From: Nitrospirota bacterium
GTDB taxonomy: Bacteria; Nitrospirota; Nitrospiria; 2-01-FULL-66-17
DNA length: 64,000 nucleotides
Assembly: GCA_049325335.1 (NCBI GenBank)
Contig: JBMOMC010000045.1
Coordinates: 146,032 to 210,031 of the forward strand
Direction of reading: 5' to 3'
Made by a program: the position numbers and the translations under genes. Below the pieces are notes generated by a model. The model made no database searches. It was not told where the DNA came from and saw nothing but the letters and a program-made list of their open reading frames with translations. Shown one piece after another: positions 49,380 to 58,544 of the stretch. How positions within the stretch are numbered: position 1 is the first letter of the stretch; every line of letters starts with the position of its first letter.

Positions 49380-50857
49380 CGCCCCATGACCCGGCATACC
49401 GCGTCCAGATCCACCGCCGCCCGCACCGCCGCCGCCAGCCGGTCCAGCTCCAAGTCCACGTCGTAACGCGCCTGGACGGCGCCCAGCGGCGCCAAGCCCT
49501 TCGTTTCCCGCCACGAATCGATCAGCGCCCGCCGGAACTCGTCGCCGTCGAAGACACCGTGAAGGTATGTTCCCCAGCACGCACCGACCGCGACGCCGTC
49601 GGTGCGTCCGTCATCCAGATCGAACAGGACGGGTTCGACATGTCGAACCCCTACGGGATCAGAAAGGCGGCTCCGGCCGTGGTGGATCTCGTAGCCCGTC
49701 ACGGCGCAACCGGTGGGCCGGTGGCGGCCCGACACGCGCCGGAGCACCTTCTCATCCTCCAGGACGGTCTCGACCGGCAGCAGGCCCAGGCCCTCGGTCC
49801 GTCCCGCGCCGCTTTCGAGCGCCCCGGGGTCCTCGATCGTCCGGCCCATCATCTGCAGCCCGCCGCAGAGGCCGATCACGGCGCCTCCCGAGGCGGAGTG
49901 GGCGCGAAGTTCCTCGGCCAGGCCGCTCGCGCGCAACGCCGCCAGATCGGCTGCCGCGTTCTTGGAGCCGGGAAGGATCACCACGTCCGGGCGGCCCAAC
50001 CGTTCCCCGGGCCGGACGAAGCGCACGCGGACGTCCGGCTCGATCCGCAGCGGATCGACGTCGTTGAAGTTGCTGATGCGCGGGAGTTCGATCACGGCCA
50101 TCGACACCGACGACGGGGAATCGGCGTCGGCCGCGCGACCGCGGAGCGCCAGCGAGTCCTCATCCGGCAGGCGCAGGTGATCCAAATAGGGAATGACCCC
50201 CAGCACCGGGCGGCCGGTGCGACGCGCCACCGCGTCGAGGCCGGGATCGAGCAGCGACCGTCGCCCGCGGAACTTATTGATCAGCAGCCCCTTCACCCGC
50301 GCCGCGTGGTGCTCCGGCAAAAGGGCTAGCGTGCCGACCAGCGCCGCAAAGACGCCCCCCGAATCGATGTCGCCCACCAGGAGCACGGGTGCGTCGGCCA
50401 TGTCGGCCACGCGCATGTTCACGATCTCGCGGTCCATCAGATTGATCTCAGCCGGACTGCCGGCCCCCTCGATCACGATCACGTCGTACTCGGCTGCGAG
50501 CGAGGCGTAGGCGTCCTTCACGATCGGGAACAGCTCAGCCTTGGCATCCAGGTATGCGTCGGCGGACAGCGTGCCGCGGACCTTGCCCATCACGACCACC
50601 TGGCAGCCGTCCTCCGACGAGGGCTTGAGCAAAATGGGATTCATCCGCGCGTCGGGCTCGATCCGGCAAGCCTGAGCCTGGAGCGCTTGGGCGCGGCTCA
50701 TCTCCAGGCCGTCGCGGGTGACGGCCGCGTTCAACGCCATGTTCTGCGACTTGAACGGCGCGACGCGATAGCCGTCCTGAAGAAAAAGTCGGCAGAGCGC
50801 GGCCGTCACCAGGCTTTTACCGACATTAGAACCTGTCCCTTGAATCATCAGGTTCAC
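49376..50857 (-). CDS. cbiP: Cobyric acid synthase
   Basis: QGTGSNVGKS, PFKSQNM, NPILLKP, EGAGSPAEINL, GYEIHHG, GTYLHG. Confidence 0.96.
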   Translation of the reverse strand: MNLMIQGTGSNVGKSLVTAALCRLFLQDGYRVAPFKSQNMALNAAVTRDGLEMSRAQALQAQACRIEPDARMNPILLKPSSEDGCQVVVMGKVRGTLSADAYLDAKAELFPIVKDAYASLAAEYDVIVIEGAGSPAEINLMDREIVNMRVADMADAPVLLVGDIDSGGVFAALVGTLALLPEHHAARVKGLLINKFRGRRSLLDPGLDAVARRTGRPVLGVIPYLDHLRLPDEDSLALRGRAADADSPSSVSMAVIELPRISNFNDVDPLRIEPDVRVRFVRPGERLGRPDVVILPGSKNAAADLAALRASGLAEELRAHSASGGAVIGLCGGLQMMGRTIEDPGALESGAGRTEGLGLLPVETVLEDEKVLRRVSGRHRPTGCAVTGYEIHHGRSRLSDPVGVRHVEPVLFDLDDGRTDGVAVGACWGTYLHGVFDGDEFRRALIDSWRETKGLAPLGAVQARYDVDLELDRLAAAVRAAVDLDAVCRVMGR

Positions 50858-51606
50858 ACGGCACCTCGCAGGTGAAAGACGGCGGCCCATGTCAACGCGG
50901 CGAGCACTTCCGCCCCCTCCCCCGCGGCGCCGATCGTGTCGCCGGTCACGCCGCCCAGCCACGCCGTGACCCGGCGGACATACAGGGTGACGGCGACCCA
51001 CGCCAGCCCGGCCGCAACCAGACCCGCGGAGCCCATCGCGGCGGCGGCGATGACGAGCGTCGTTCCGGTTGCCACCCACCAGGCCGCGCGGGTCGCGCCC
51101 TCGACGAATGCTTTGGCAGTCCCCTGCTCACGCGCATAGGTCCGTCCGACCGTCGCATGAACGTGCGCCCAGCGCCCCAGCACCGGCATCGCGAGCAGCG
51201 CAGGCGCGAGCACGCGGGGCGGCAGCGCCGCCAGCGCCGCGATCTTGAGCCCCAGCACCGAGAAGAGGGCCAGGCTCCCGTACGCGCCGATCGTCGCGCC
51301 CTTCATGATCCGCAGCGCGTCCTCGCGCGAGCGCGCGCCGCACGCGTCGGCGGTATCCGCGACGCCGTCCAGGTGCAGACCGCCCGAGAGCCACGCCAGG
51401 AGCAAGACGGCAAGTATTACGACGAGGGCGTGCGGGAACAACAGGCCCGCCGCGAGCGAGAACGCCGCCAGCACCGCACCGAGCGCGAACCCCACGAGGG
51501 GAAACGCAGCGAGCGATCGCCCGAACACCCCCTCGTCCGCGGCGAGGGCCCGACGGCCCAGCGGGACGACGGTCAGAAACGTCCACGCCGCCAGAAACGC
51601 TCTCAT
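50854..51606 (-). CDS. cobS: Adenosylcobinamide-GDP ribazoletransferase
   Basis: FLT, FPLVG, GGLHLDGVADTAD, GGVTGDTIGA. Confidence 0.95.
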   Translation of the reverse strand: MRAFLAAWTFLTVVPLGRRALAADEGVFGRSLAAFPLVGFALGAVLAAFSLAAGLLFPHALVVILAVLLLAWLSGGLHLDGVADTADACGARSREDALRIMKGATIGAYGSLALFSVLGLKIAALAALPPRVLAPALLAMPVLGRWAHVHATVGRTYAREQGTAKAFVEGATRAAWWVATGTTLVIAAAAMGSAGLVAAGLAWVAVTLYVRRVTAWLGGVTGDTIGAAGEGAEVLAALTWAAVFHLRGAV

Positions 51607-51645
51607 TGCGGTACCAGGATCGTGTCCGAGTCGTCGAGTGCCGGA

Positions 51646-51766
51646 GCCCGTTCAGGGAAGGCCAGATGCAAGGCGGAGGGAGAGCCTTGCGCGCGGAGCG
51701 TACTGGGTCGTACGCGAGCACGCAAGGCCGACCGACAACGTCGCAGATGGCCTTTCATGGACGGGC
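51646..51766. repeat. 121-bp palindromic MITE-like element between cobT and cobS
   Basis: 19-bp imperfect terminal inverted repeats (16/19); internal AGATGCAAGGCG...GCGTAC...GTACGC...CAACGTCGCAGATG. Confidence 0.75.
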
Positions 51767-52813
51767 GACCCGCTCCGAGACCCCGGCCTCGCCAAACGTC
51801 GCCATCTCGTTGAGGATCTTCACCGCCGCGTCGAGCAGCCCGATGGCCAGGGCCGCGCCGGTGCCCTCGCCCAGGCGGAGGCCCAGATCCAAGACCGGAC
51901 TCAGACCCAGTCGATCCAGCGCCAGGCGATGCCCCGGTTCGACCGATTGGTGCGACGCCAGGAGATAGCCGTCTAGCGAGGGTTCCAGGCCCGTAGCGAT
52001 TAGCGCCGCGGCCCCCGAAATAAAGCCGTCGAGCACCACCGGCACGCGCCGGTTCGACGCGCCGAGCATCATCCCGACCAGCGCCGCAATCTCCAGGCCG
52101 CCGAGCTTCGTCAAGACGTCCATGGGATCGCTCGCGTCCGGCCGGTTGACGGCGATCGCACGCTCGATCACCGAGACCTTCCGGACCCAGACCGCGTCGT
52201 CGATCCCGGTGCCGCGGCCGGTCACGTCCCGCGGGGCCGCGCCGGTCATCACCGCCGTGATCGCGCTGCTGGGCGTGGTGTTGCCGATCCCCATCTCGCC
52301 CGCACCGATCACGTCCACGCCCGACGCCGCCAGCTCCCCCGCCAATTCCACGCCCACGCTCACCGCGGCCGCGGCCTCCTCGCGCGTCATCGCGGGCCCG
52401 ACCGCCAGATTGGCCGTGCCGGGGCGGACCTTGCGCCGGCGCAAGCCGTCGAGGTCCGGAAACGCGTGCGTCACACCCACGTCCACCACGACCACGTCCG
52501 CGCCGACGTGCCGCGCGAGCACGTTGATGCCCGCGCCGCCGCGCAGGAAGTTGTAGACCATCTGCGCGGTCACGTCGGATGGATATGCGCTCACGCCTTC
52601 GACCGTCACGCCGTGGTCCCCCGCGAAAACCGCGACGGTCTTGCGCCGCAGCACGGGTGCGGCGGTCCCGCGCGCCGCGCCGTACCAGCGCGCCAACTCT
52701 TCGAGGCGGCCCAGGCTGCCGAGCGGCTTGGTCAGCCGATCCAACCGCGCCTGCAACGCGTCCGCCACCATGGGATCGGCAGCGATTCTCTCGGTGACAA
52801 TGCGTGATGTCAT
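51755..52813 (-). CDS. cobT: Nicotinate-nucleotide-dimethylbenzimidazole phosphoribosyltransferase
   Basis: LTKPLGSLGRLE, AGDHGV, GEMGIGNTT, LDGFI, LRLGEGTGA. Confidence 0.96.
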   Translation of the reverse strand: MTSRIVTERIAADPMVADALQARLDRLTKPLGSLGRLEELARWYGAARGTAAPVLRRKTVAVFAGDHGVTVEGVSAYPSDVTAQMVYNFLRGGAGINVLARHVGADVVVVDVGVTHAFPDLDGLRRRKVRPGTANLAVGPAMTREEAAAAVSVGVELAGELAASGVDVIGAGEMGIGNTTPSSAITAVMTGAAPRDVTGRGTGIDDAVWVRKVSVIERAIAVNRPDASDPMDVLTKLGGLEIAALVGMMLGASNRRVPVVLDGFISGAAALIATGLEPSLDGYLLASHQSVEPGHRLALDRLGLSPVLDLGLRLGEGTGAALAIGLLDAAVKILNEMATFGEAGVSERVARP

Positions 52814-53364
52814 GACACTCCGATCGGTTTGAGCCGCCGCGCCAGCCCCGCGGTGACGAGATAGACGTCGTTGACCGCCTCGGCCACGGCCTGATTGACG
52901 AGCCCCTGCCAATCCCGGAAGAGCCGCCCCAAGGGGGTGGAGGGGACGAGACCCATTCCGACTTCGTTGCTGACGACGATGACGCGGGCGCGCGACGCGG
53001 CGATCGACGCCGTCAGACGATCGAGGCGGCGGGCGATCCCGGCGTCGCCCTCTTCACACTCGAGCAAATTCGAGAGCCACAGCGTGAGGCAATCCGCCAC
53101 GATCACGTCGTATTCGCGGGCTAAGGCGTCCACCCGCTCGCCTAGGTCCAGCGGCTCTTCGATCGTCTCCCACGAGGCGTCCCGGCGCTCGCGGTGCGCC
53201 AACACCCGTGCCGCCATCTCCGCGTCGCCGGGTTCGACCCGACAGGTGGCGACAAAGGCGCGGCGGCCCGGCGTCGCGCGGCCCAACTCCAGCGCCAAAC
53301 GGCTCTTGCCGCTCCGCGTGCCGCCCAAGACCAGGGCCGTTCGTCCGATCGACGTCTCGCTCAC
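52810..53364 (-). CDS. cobU: Adenosylcobinamide kinase / guanylyltransferase
   Basis: LGGTRSGKS, EMAARV..H, DCLTLWLSN, SNEVGMG. Confidence 0.95.
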   Translation of the reverse strand: MSETSIGRTALVLGGTRSGKSRLALELGRATPGRRAFVATCRVEPGDAEMAARVLAHRERRDASWETIEEPLDLGERVDALAREYDVIVADCLTLWLSNLLECEEGDAGIARRLDRLTASIAASRARVIVVSNEVGMGLVPSTPLGRLFRDWQGLVNQAVAEAVNDVYLVTAGLARRLKPIGVS

Positions 53365-54224
53365 GCCGTCCCCACGCCGAGGCCCCCGCTCACCAGGCGA
53401 AGCCGACGGATGGGGGCTTCGCGGCGCACCAGTTCGTCGATACGCTGCCGCACCCGCTCGCGATCGTAACCGCCCGGCGGAAGCAGGAGACCGATCAGGG
53501 ATCCGCTGTGCGCGACGTTGACCCCGTATCCGCCCTCCTCCAGCGCGAGCCGCAGGAGGGGTTCGAGCGTGGGCTTTGGCAGGATGTTTTGATGGCACAA
53601 TGCGCTGATCGTCGCGCCCTGGCCAATGGACGCGGCGTCGCCGTGCGCCAAACCGCGTCGCACCAGATCGAACGCACGCAGGATCGACCCCGCCTGCTCG
53701 CGGGACACGGCCGCCGTGTCCCGTTCGTTGAACGCCAGCGTGTCCACCGGCCCGCCCACCTCGACCGCCACCAACTCGATGGGCGGCGGCGCTCCCCAGC
53801 GCTCCAGCACGCTCCCGCGCCGATGGTCGAAGAGCACGATGCCGTCGAACAGGACGCCGTCGGTGGGCTCCACCGCCAGCGCCGCACGCATGACGGCATT
53901 CACGTCCACCATTTCGCACCCCATCGCCAGCCAGAGGCCCATTGCCGCGCCGACGTCGGCCGTGCTGCTCGCCATCCCGATCCCGCGGGGGAGGTCCGAC
54001 CTGATCGTCAGGCCCGCCAGAAACGCCGGCGATCCGCCCACGGCGGCGAGCGCCCGCCGCACTTTCTCCCCATGCCCGGCGCGGCGCGGCCCCGGTCGCC
54101 ACGTCGCCCGCGCGTAGCGATCGACCGGACACGACACGTGTAGCCGCACGCCGTCAATGATTCCCTGGACGAGTTCGCCGCAACTGCCGGGCACACTCAC
54201 CATCAAATCCCTTGTCAGACCCAT
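53361..54224 (-). CDS. pduX: L-threonine kinase (GHMP family)
   Basis: PGSCGELVQG, GIGMASSTAD, EPTD, VAHSGS. Confidence 0.88.
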   Translation of the reverse strand: MGLTRDLMVSVPGSCGELVQGIIDGVRLHVSCPVDRYARATWRPGPRRAGHGEKVRRALAAVGGSPAFLAGLTIRSDLPRGIGMASSTADVGAAMGLWLAMGCEMVDVNAVMRAALAVEPTDGVLFDGIVLFDHRRGSVLERWGAPPPIELVAVEVGGPVDTLAFNERDTAAVSREQAGSILRAFDLVRRGLAHGDAASIGQGATISALCHQNILPKPTLEPLLRLALEEGGYGVNVAHSGSLIGLLLPPGGYDRERVRQRIDELVRREAPIRRLRLVSGGLGVGTA

Positions 54225-55252
54225 ACCGGCTCCTTGACCGCCACCGCGAGCACCTCGACCAGCCGTCGATTGTCCGCTTCGGTGCGAATGGCGACTCGAA
54301 TGTACGAGGGACCGAGGCCGTCAAAATCGGCGCAACTGCGAATCAGTACGCGATCCTCGATCAAGCGGTCGCGGAGGGCGTCGGCGTGCAGGCCGTCAGG
54401 CAGCCGGATCAGGATGAAATTGGCGCGCGACGCCAAGGGACGAAACCCGGTGAGCGCGCCGAGCCGCTCCGTCAGCCGCGCGCGCTCGCGACGAATCAAC
54501 TCGGCGCCCGTGCGCGCGTGGCCGTCGCAATCGAGGAGCACCTGTCCCGCCGCCAACGCAAGCGCGTTGACCGCCCACGGCTCCTTCAACCGCTCCACCC
54601 GGGCCATGAGCGCGGGCGCGCCGACCGCGTAGCCCAGGCGCAGGCCCGGCACGGCGTAGGTCTTGGTGAACGAACGGAGGACGATGACGTTGTCGGGCAG
54701 AGGCACGGACAGGAGCGAGAAGGCCTCGGGCGCGTCGGAAAGATCGACGTAGGCTTCATCCACGACGAAGAGCGTGGATGGCCGGGCCGCGGCGAGGGCG
54801 CGCACCGCATCGGCCTCGAGCGCCGTCCCCGTGGGATTATTGGGATTACACACGAACGCGAGCTCGCCGCGGGCACCCGCCGCGCGTCCGTCGGCAACCA
54901 CGGCGCCGACCGCCTCGGCGGCCTCGGCGTAGTCGCGATAAGTCGGCGGGTCGACCAGCACGGTCCGGGGGCGGAACACGCGGGGCAGCAGGAAAATGAA
55001 CTCGGTCGACCCGTTACCGATCAGGATGGAGTCGTCCGAGAGACCGTGTAGGCGGGCCAAGCCGCGCCGAAGCGCTCGGCATTCAATATCGGGGTACGCG
55101 GCGACGAGCGGGAACGTCGCCTGGAGAATTGCGTCAACTACCGGCGGGGGACCCAGCGGGTTGAGGCTGGCGCTGAAATCGCAGACGGTGGCCGGGTCCC
55201 ATCCGTACCGCGCTCGAATCGCTTCAAGATTGCCTCCGTGCCCGGTGTACAT
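54215..55252 (-). CDS. cobD: L-threonine-O-3-phosphate decarboxylase
   Basis: HGGN, DFSASLNPLG, NPNNPTG, VDEAY, RSFTK...PGLRLGY. Confidence 0.92.
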   Translation of the reverse strand: MYTGHGGNLEAIRARYGWDPATVCDFSASLNPLGPPPVVDAILQATFPLVAAYPDIECRALRRGLARLHGLSDDSILIGNGSTEFIFLLPRVFRPRTVLVDPPTYRDYAEAAEAVGAVVADGRAAGARGELAFVCNPNNPTGTALEADAVRALAAARPSTLFVVDEAYVDLSDAPEAFSLLSVPLPDNVIVLRSFTKTYAVPGLRLGYAVGAPALMARVERLKEPWAVNALALAAGQVLLDCDGHARTGAELIRRERARLTERLGALTGFRPLASRANFILIRLPDGLHADALRDRLIEDRVLIRSCADFDGLGPSYIRVAIRTEADNRRLVEVLAVAVKEPVWV

Positions 55253-55291
55253 CGCGCTCCCCTCGCATGATCCGCGTCGGGGAGGCGGCAC

Positions 55292-55327
55292 AAAAAATCC
55301 TCAACACCCGACACGGGTATTGAGGAT
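55292..55327 (-). terminator. Intrinsic terminator in the riboswitch expression platform
   Basis: Minus strand ATCCTCAATACCCG-TGT-CGGGTGTTGAGGAT followed by a T tract. Confidence 0.85.
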
Positions 55328-55401
55328 GGCACCCTGCTTCTTAATCCTCAAACGATCTCGTCACCACGCATCAGCCCAGATCCGGGGCGTGTGGGACCGC
55401 G

Positions 55402-55590
55402 CTTGGGGCAGGTCTTCTGACTCACGGATCACCCTACTCCCCCGGCCTTCCCGCTCCATCGAGCAGTGGCCTGATCGGATCGCCTTCGCGACCCTAGGGG
55501 TTTCGTCCCCGTTCACAGCGGCGGGACCGTCCCGGATTTTGACCGGGTTCCCTTTTGAGTCCCCCTCAGGGGACACCCTAAGCAGGAGCG
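55402..55590 (-). ncRNA. Cobalamin (AdoCbl) riboswitch
   Basis: Minus strand GGTG...AAAAGGGAACCCGGTCAAAATCCGGGACGGTCCCGCCGCTGTGA...GCCACTG...GGGAAGG...GAGTCAGAAGACCTGCC (B12 box). Confidence 0.95.
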
Positions 55591-55620
55591 ACCATACTCC
55601 TAAGAGCGAACGCGCGTCAA
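55591..55620 (-). promoter_or_regulatory. Putative promoter of the cobalamin operon
   Basis: Minus strand TTGACG-18 nt-TATGGT directly 5' of the riboswitch. Confidence 0.6.
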
Positions 55621-55880
55621 GCCAATTCGGTCCACCGGACATCTTGACGTGCTAATAACAGCCCCAATTTACAGCCCCCCCCAATTTAGCTCTCCGACGT
55701 GGCGAACATTACTGCACGTTGTTGCTCGCGCGGGCCCGGCTCGTCTGTCGGTATTTTCTGCTACCACTTTGCTACCAAACCATCCAAGATTGGGCCTATC
55801 AGGCAAACATGGCATTACTCAGCTTCGTCGATTTTACCAGGTGTTGGCTCGTCGTCGTTCGGCTCAGGTTGTCCTTATTC

Positions 55881-55928
55881 TTCGCAATCAGCAGGTCACC
55901 GGTTCGACCCCGGTACCCTCCACCATTT
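55881..55928 (+). repeat. att site: duplicated 3' half of tRNA-Ala
   Basis: TTCGCAATCAGCAGGTCACCGGTTCGACCCCGGTACCCTCCACCATTT, 47/48 identical to 36951-36998. Confidence 0.93.
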
Positions 55929-56430
55929 CAAAGACTTAGAAGCCTGATGACCTGCTGTATACACTCAGCAGATCACCGGTTTGATCTCCGTGACCTGCCT
56001 TGTGATTTCCAACACTTCTGTGCGCCTACGACGGAACATGCGGCGATGTATTGAAATTGTGCCACGGCCTTCGTGGATCGAGAAACCCACCCGCCTCGTA
56101 AGCTTTCCGGAAAGTGATGCGACGCTGTCGCGGATTTGCGATCAGCCACCGAGCGGCTCCTAGGCGCCTGCTCTGAGGAAGATGTCTCGCGGACGCCGGT
56201 ACTCGCATCGCTCAGGAGGAGCCTGCAGTACCTGCCCGCGCAGACATCGCACCACTCACCCTAACACGGCGAACTCCCCCGTCCGCCGTCAGGAAGGTCT
56301 CAGCCGAACCCAATGCCCCTCGGTGGCTCCCCCTTTCGGGACGTCCGCCAAGAGCCGTCTCGACGTTTCACAAAACGATTGAAGCCTCGACGCCACAGCC
56401 CAGAACCAGTCGCACTGGGTGGTCGCCGGT

Positions 56431-57714
56431 CTAAAAGCTGTACCGCGCCTCAACGAACGGCCCGCGATTCGTTTTGAGCCGACCGAAGAAGGACTCGTTG
56501 GGGCCGGTGTAGAGTTCGCCACCGAGCGTCCCTTTGAGGTGGTCGGTGAATGCATACGTGATGACGGGACGGACGTACGTATTGGTCCGGCGGAAGTTCA
56601 CGAAGACCAGCACTTCCGCTTCAAGCGTGTCGTTGAACCACTTGTCGCTCACGCGGGAGGACAGACCATAGGTCGCGCGATCCTGGTGGACGTCCAGGAT
56701 CGCGTTTTGGACCGCGACGGCACGTCCGGCCGGGTCGCCGATCGCCGTGGGATCATGATAGCGATGGACCCACCGCCCCACGAGTTGGAGATTGATGTTG
56801 ACGTTCTCTCCCAGCGTCCGATCCCCGCCGATGACCCAGAAGGCAAAGGGATTCTTGATCGTGGGATCGTCTCCTCGCCGGTCGTGTGTGAAGACATAAG
56901 CGGCTTCGGCCCGCAACCCGTACCGCCCCAGGTTGCGCGCCGCGTCCGCGCCGATCACGTCGATACGGTTGTGGCGGAGCGCGATGAGGGGCCCCCCAGC
57001 CGCACCATTGACGAGGTACGCATCCGGCAACAGATCGAACCCGTGATAATAGCTCACGGACCAATCTCCGCCTTCGCCGGCCCGATTCAGCTTGACGCCC
57101 ACTTCCGTGTTCTTGAAGGTCCGAGATGGGATCTCCTCGATGAGGCCGTCGCCGAGCGGAATACGGTGCGGCTCAAAAAAGGGCGTCGTGAAGAGGGTCA
57201 GCGTGAGTTCCGGCGTCAGGTAGCCGTCAACTTTGAGCGCGGGGACCCCGAACCGCTGGTCGTCCTCGAACGGCAACAACACGACGAAGTCGCGTGGCGT
57301 CAGGTTATCCGTGGGATTGATCCCGTCCGCCCGCCCCCATGCCACGATCTGCCGGCCGATCCGAACGTCGATGCGTGCGAAACGCGCCGTCAGGTACGCC
57401 TCGCGGAGCAACTCCGCTGTCTCGGTCCCGGTTCCGACGTCGGGGTTGGTCACCCGCGCATCAATGCGCCCATCCAGGCGCTGGTTGACGGTTGGTCGGA
57501 GCGTGAGCTGGGTCGTCGCTCCGAGGAAGTCGGTTTGATCATCGAGGGCCTTGGACGAGTGGTAGTAGTCCAGACGAACCGTCCCGGTCAGCCCTTGGTC
57601 ACGGAGGAGGGACCACACCCGACTGCTCTCGCTCCCCTCGTCGGCACGACCGAAAACGGGGGCGACGAACACCAGCATGAGCGCCGTCGTCACGAGCGAC
57701 GCTCGCGCGTTCAT
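56431..57714 (-). CDS. Outer-membrane beta-barrel protein (DUF1302-like)
   Basis: Signal peptide, LREAY...IGRQIVAWGRADG.NPTD, C-terminal RYSF. Confidence 0.8.
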   Translation of the reverse strand: MNARASLVTTALMLVFVAPVFGRADEGSESSRVWSLLRDQGLTGTVRLDYYHSSKALDDQTDFLGATTQLTLRPTVNQRLDGRIDARVTNPDVGTGTETAELLREAYLTARFARIDVRIGRQIVAWGRADGINPTDNLTPRDFVVLLPFEDDQRFGVPALKVDGYLTPELTLTLFTTPFFEPHRIPLGDGLIEEIPSRTFKNTEVGVKLNRAGEGGDWSVSYYHGFDLLPDAYLVNGAAGGPLIALRHNRIDVIGADAARNLGRYGLRAEAAYVFTHDRRGDDPTIKNPFAFWVIGGDRTLGENVNINLQLVGRWVHRYHDPTAIGDPAGRAVAVQNAILDVHQDRATYGLSSRVSDKWFNDTLEAEVLVFVNFRRTNTYVRPVITYAFTDHLKGTLGGELYTGPNESFFGRLKTNRGPFVEARYSF

Positions 57715-58544
57715 TCGCGCTCGATCGAACGAGTGGTGAAGAACTCGTCGGGGACTGGCTTGCCAACCTCGACCCGGTCGAACGTGAAGATCGTCTTGTG
57801 GTCGGTCTGGTGGTTCTCCATCTCGCGGCGCCTCGCGATCCAGCGCTCCGGCGACGACTCCACCTGTTCGTGACCGCTGACGATCTCGGTCTTGAGGGGG
57901 CGCCCCGCGGTATCGAGAAACGTCACCTTGGTCTCGAGAAAGTTATCTTTGCGGACCCACGTCGTCTTCTTGCCGTAGCCGCTGTCGCGCTTGACCGTCT
58001 CGTTCCTCGGGATGGACTCGATCACGTAGCAGTCGTACCCATCGACGACCTCGGATCGGATCAGCGTGTGTTGGTAGAGATCGACCTTCGGCAGCAGGAT
58101 GTCGCCGTACGAGAAGTCCGATCCCACGAAGCTGTCCTTCTTGTTGTTGGCGACGAGGCGTCGGCTCTTCTTGAGCGCGGGGAGGTAGATCCAGAGGTCA
58201 TCGTCGCCGTCCGAATGCTCGATTTGCAGAAAGGCCGTCCCCTTGATGTCGGTCGGCAGAAGAAATGTCACGAGGAGCTTGGAGTCCACCCCGTTGGGCT
58301 GGAGCTTCGAGATCGTCGTGGACTTCCGTTCGCGGCGCTGGCCCTTGTCGTTGATCAAGACCATCGTCGCATCGCTCGTCAGCGTCTTGGTCTTCGTCAC
58401 GAAGAAGTTCTTCTCCATGATCTCGCGCGCGGTCGGTTCGGCCAAGGCGTGCCCGGACCAGGTGGCGATGAACGAAACAACCCACACGACCATGAAGGCA
58501 ACGCCCCTGACGTTGGATTCCGGTCCCTGTGTTCTACTCGTCAT
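57711..58544 (-). CDS. Outer-membrane lipoprotein-sorting (LolA-like) protein
   Basis: DIKGTAFL, DDLWIYLPALKKSRR, SFVGSDFSYGD. Confidence 0.9.
   Translation of the reverse strand: MTSRTQGPESNVRGVAFMVVWVVSFIATWSGHALAEPTAREIMEKNFFVTKTKTLTSDATMVLINDKGQRRERKSTTISKLQPNGVDSKLLVTFLLPTDIKGTAFLQIEHSDGDDDLWIYLPALKKSRRLVANNKKDSFVGSDFSYGDILLPKVDLYQHTLIRSEVVDGYDCYVIESIPRNETVKRDSGYGKKTTWVRKDNFLETKVTFLDTAGRPLKTEIVSGHEQVESSPERWIARRREMENHQTDHKTIFTFDRVEVGKPVPDEFFTTRSIERE

Larger units (their letters stand above)
36951..55928. mobile_element. tRNA-Ala-anchored genomic island (~19 kb) carrying the cobalamin operon; no integrase inside
   Basis: 48-bp direct repeat at 36951-36998 and 55881-55928 (1 mismatch); GCTACCAnTTTGCTACCA at 37067-37084 and 55760-55777. 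Confidence 0.8.

Noticed and set aside
55881..55925. Second tRNA-Ala gene
   Set aside because: Only the 3' half from the anticodon loop is present; it is an att site.
55996..56430. Possible integrase remnant or ncRNA after attR
   Set aside because: No recombinase motif or convincing structure recognisable by eye; a BLASTX or Rfam search would be needed.
56419..57873. 484-aa plus-strand ORF
   Set aside because: Antisense to the barrel gene, which has a signal peptide, terminal Phe and operon coupling.
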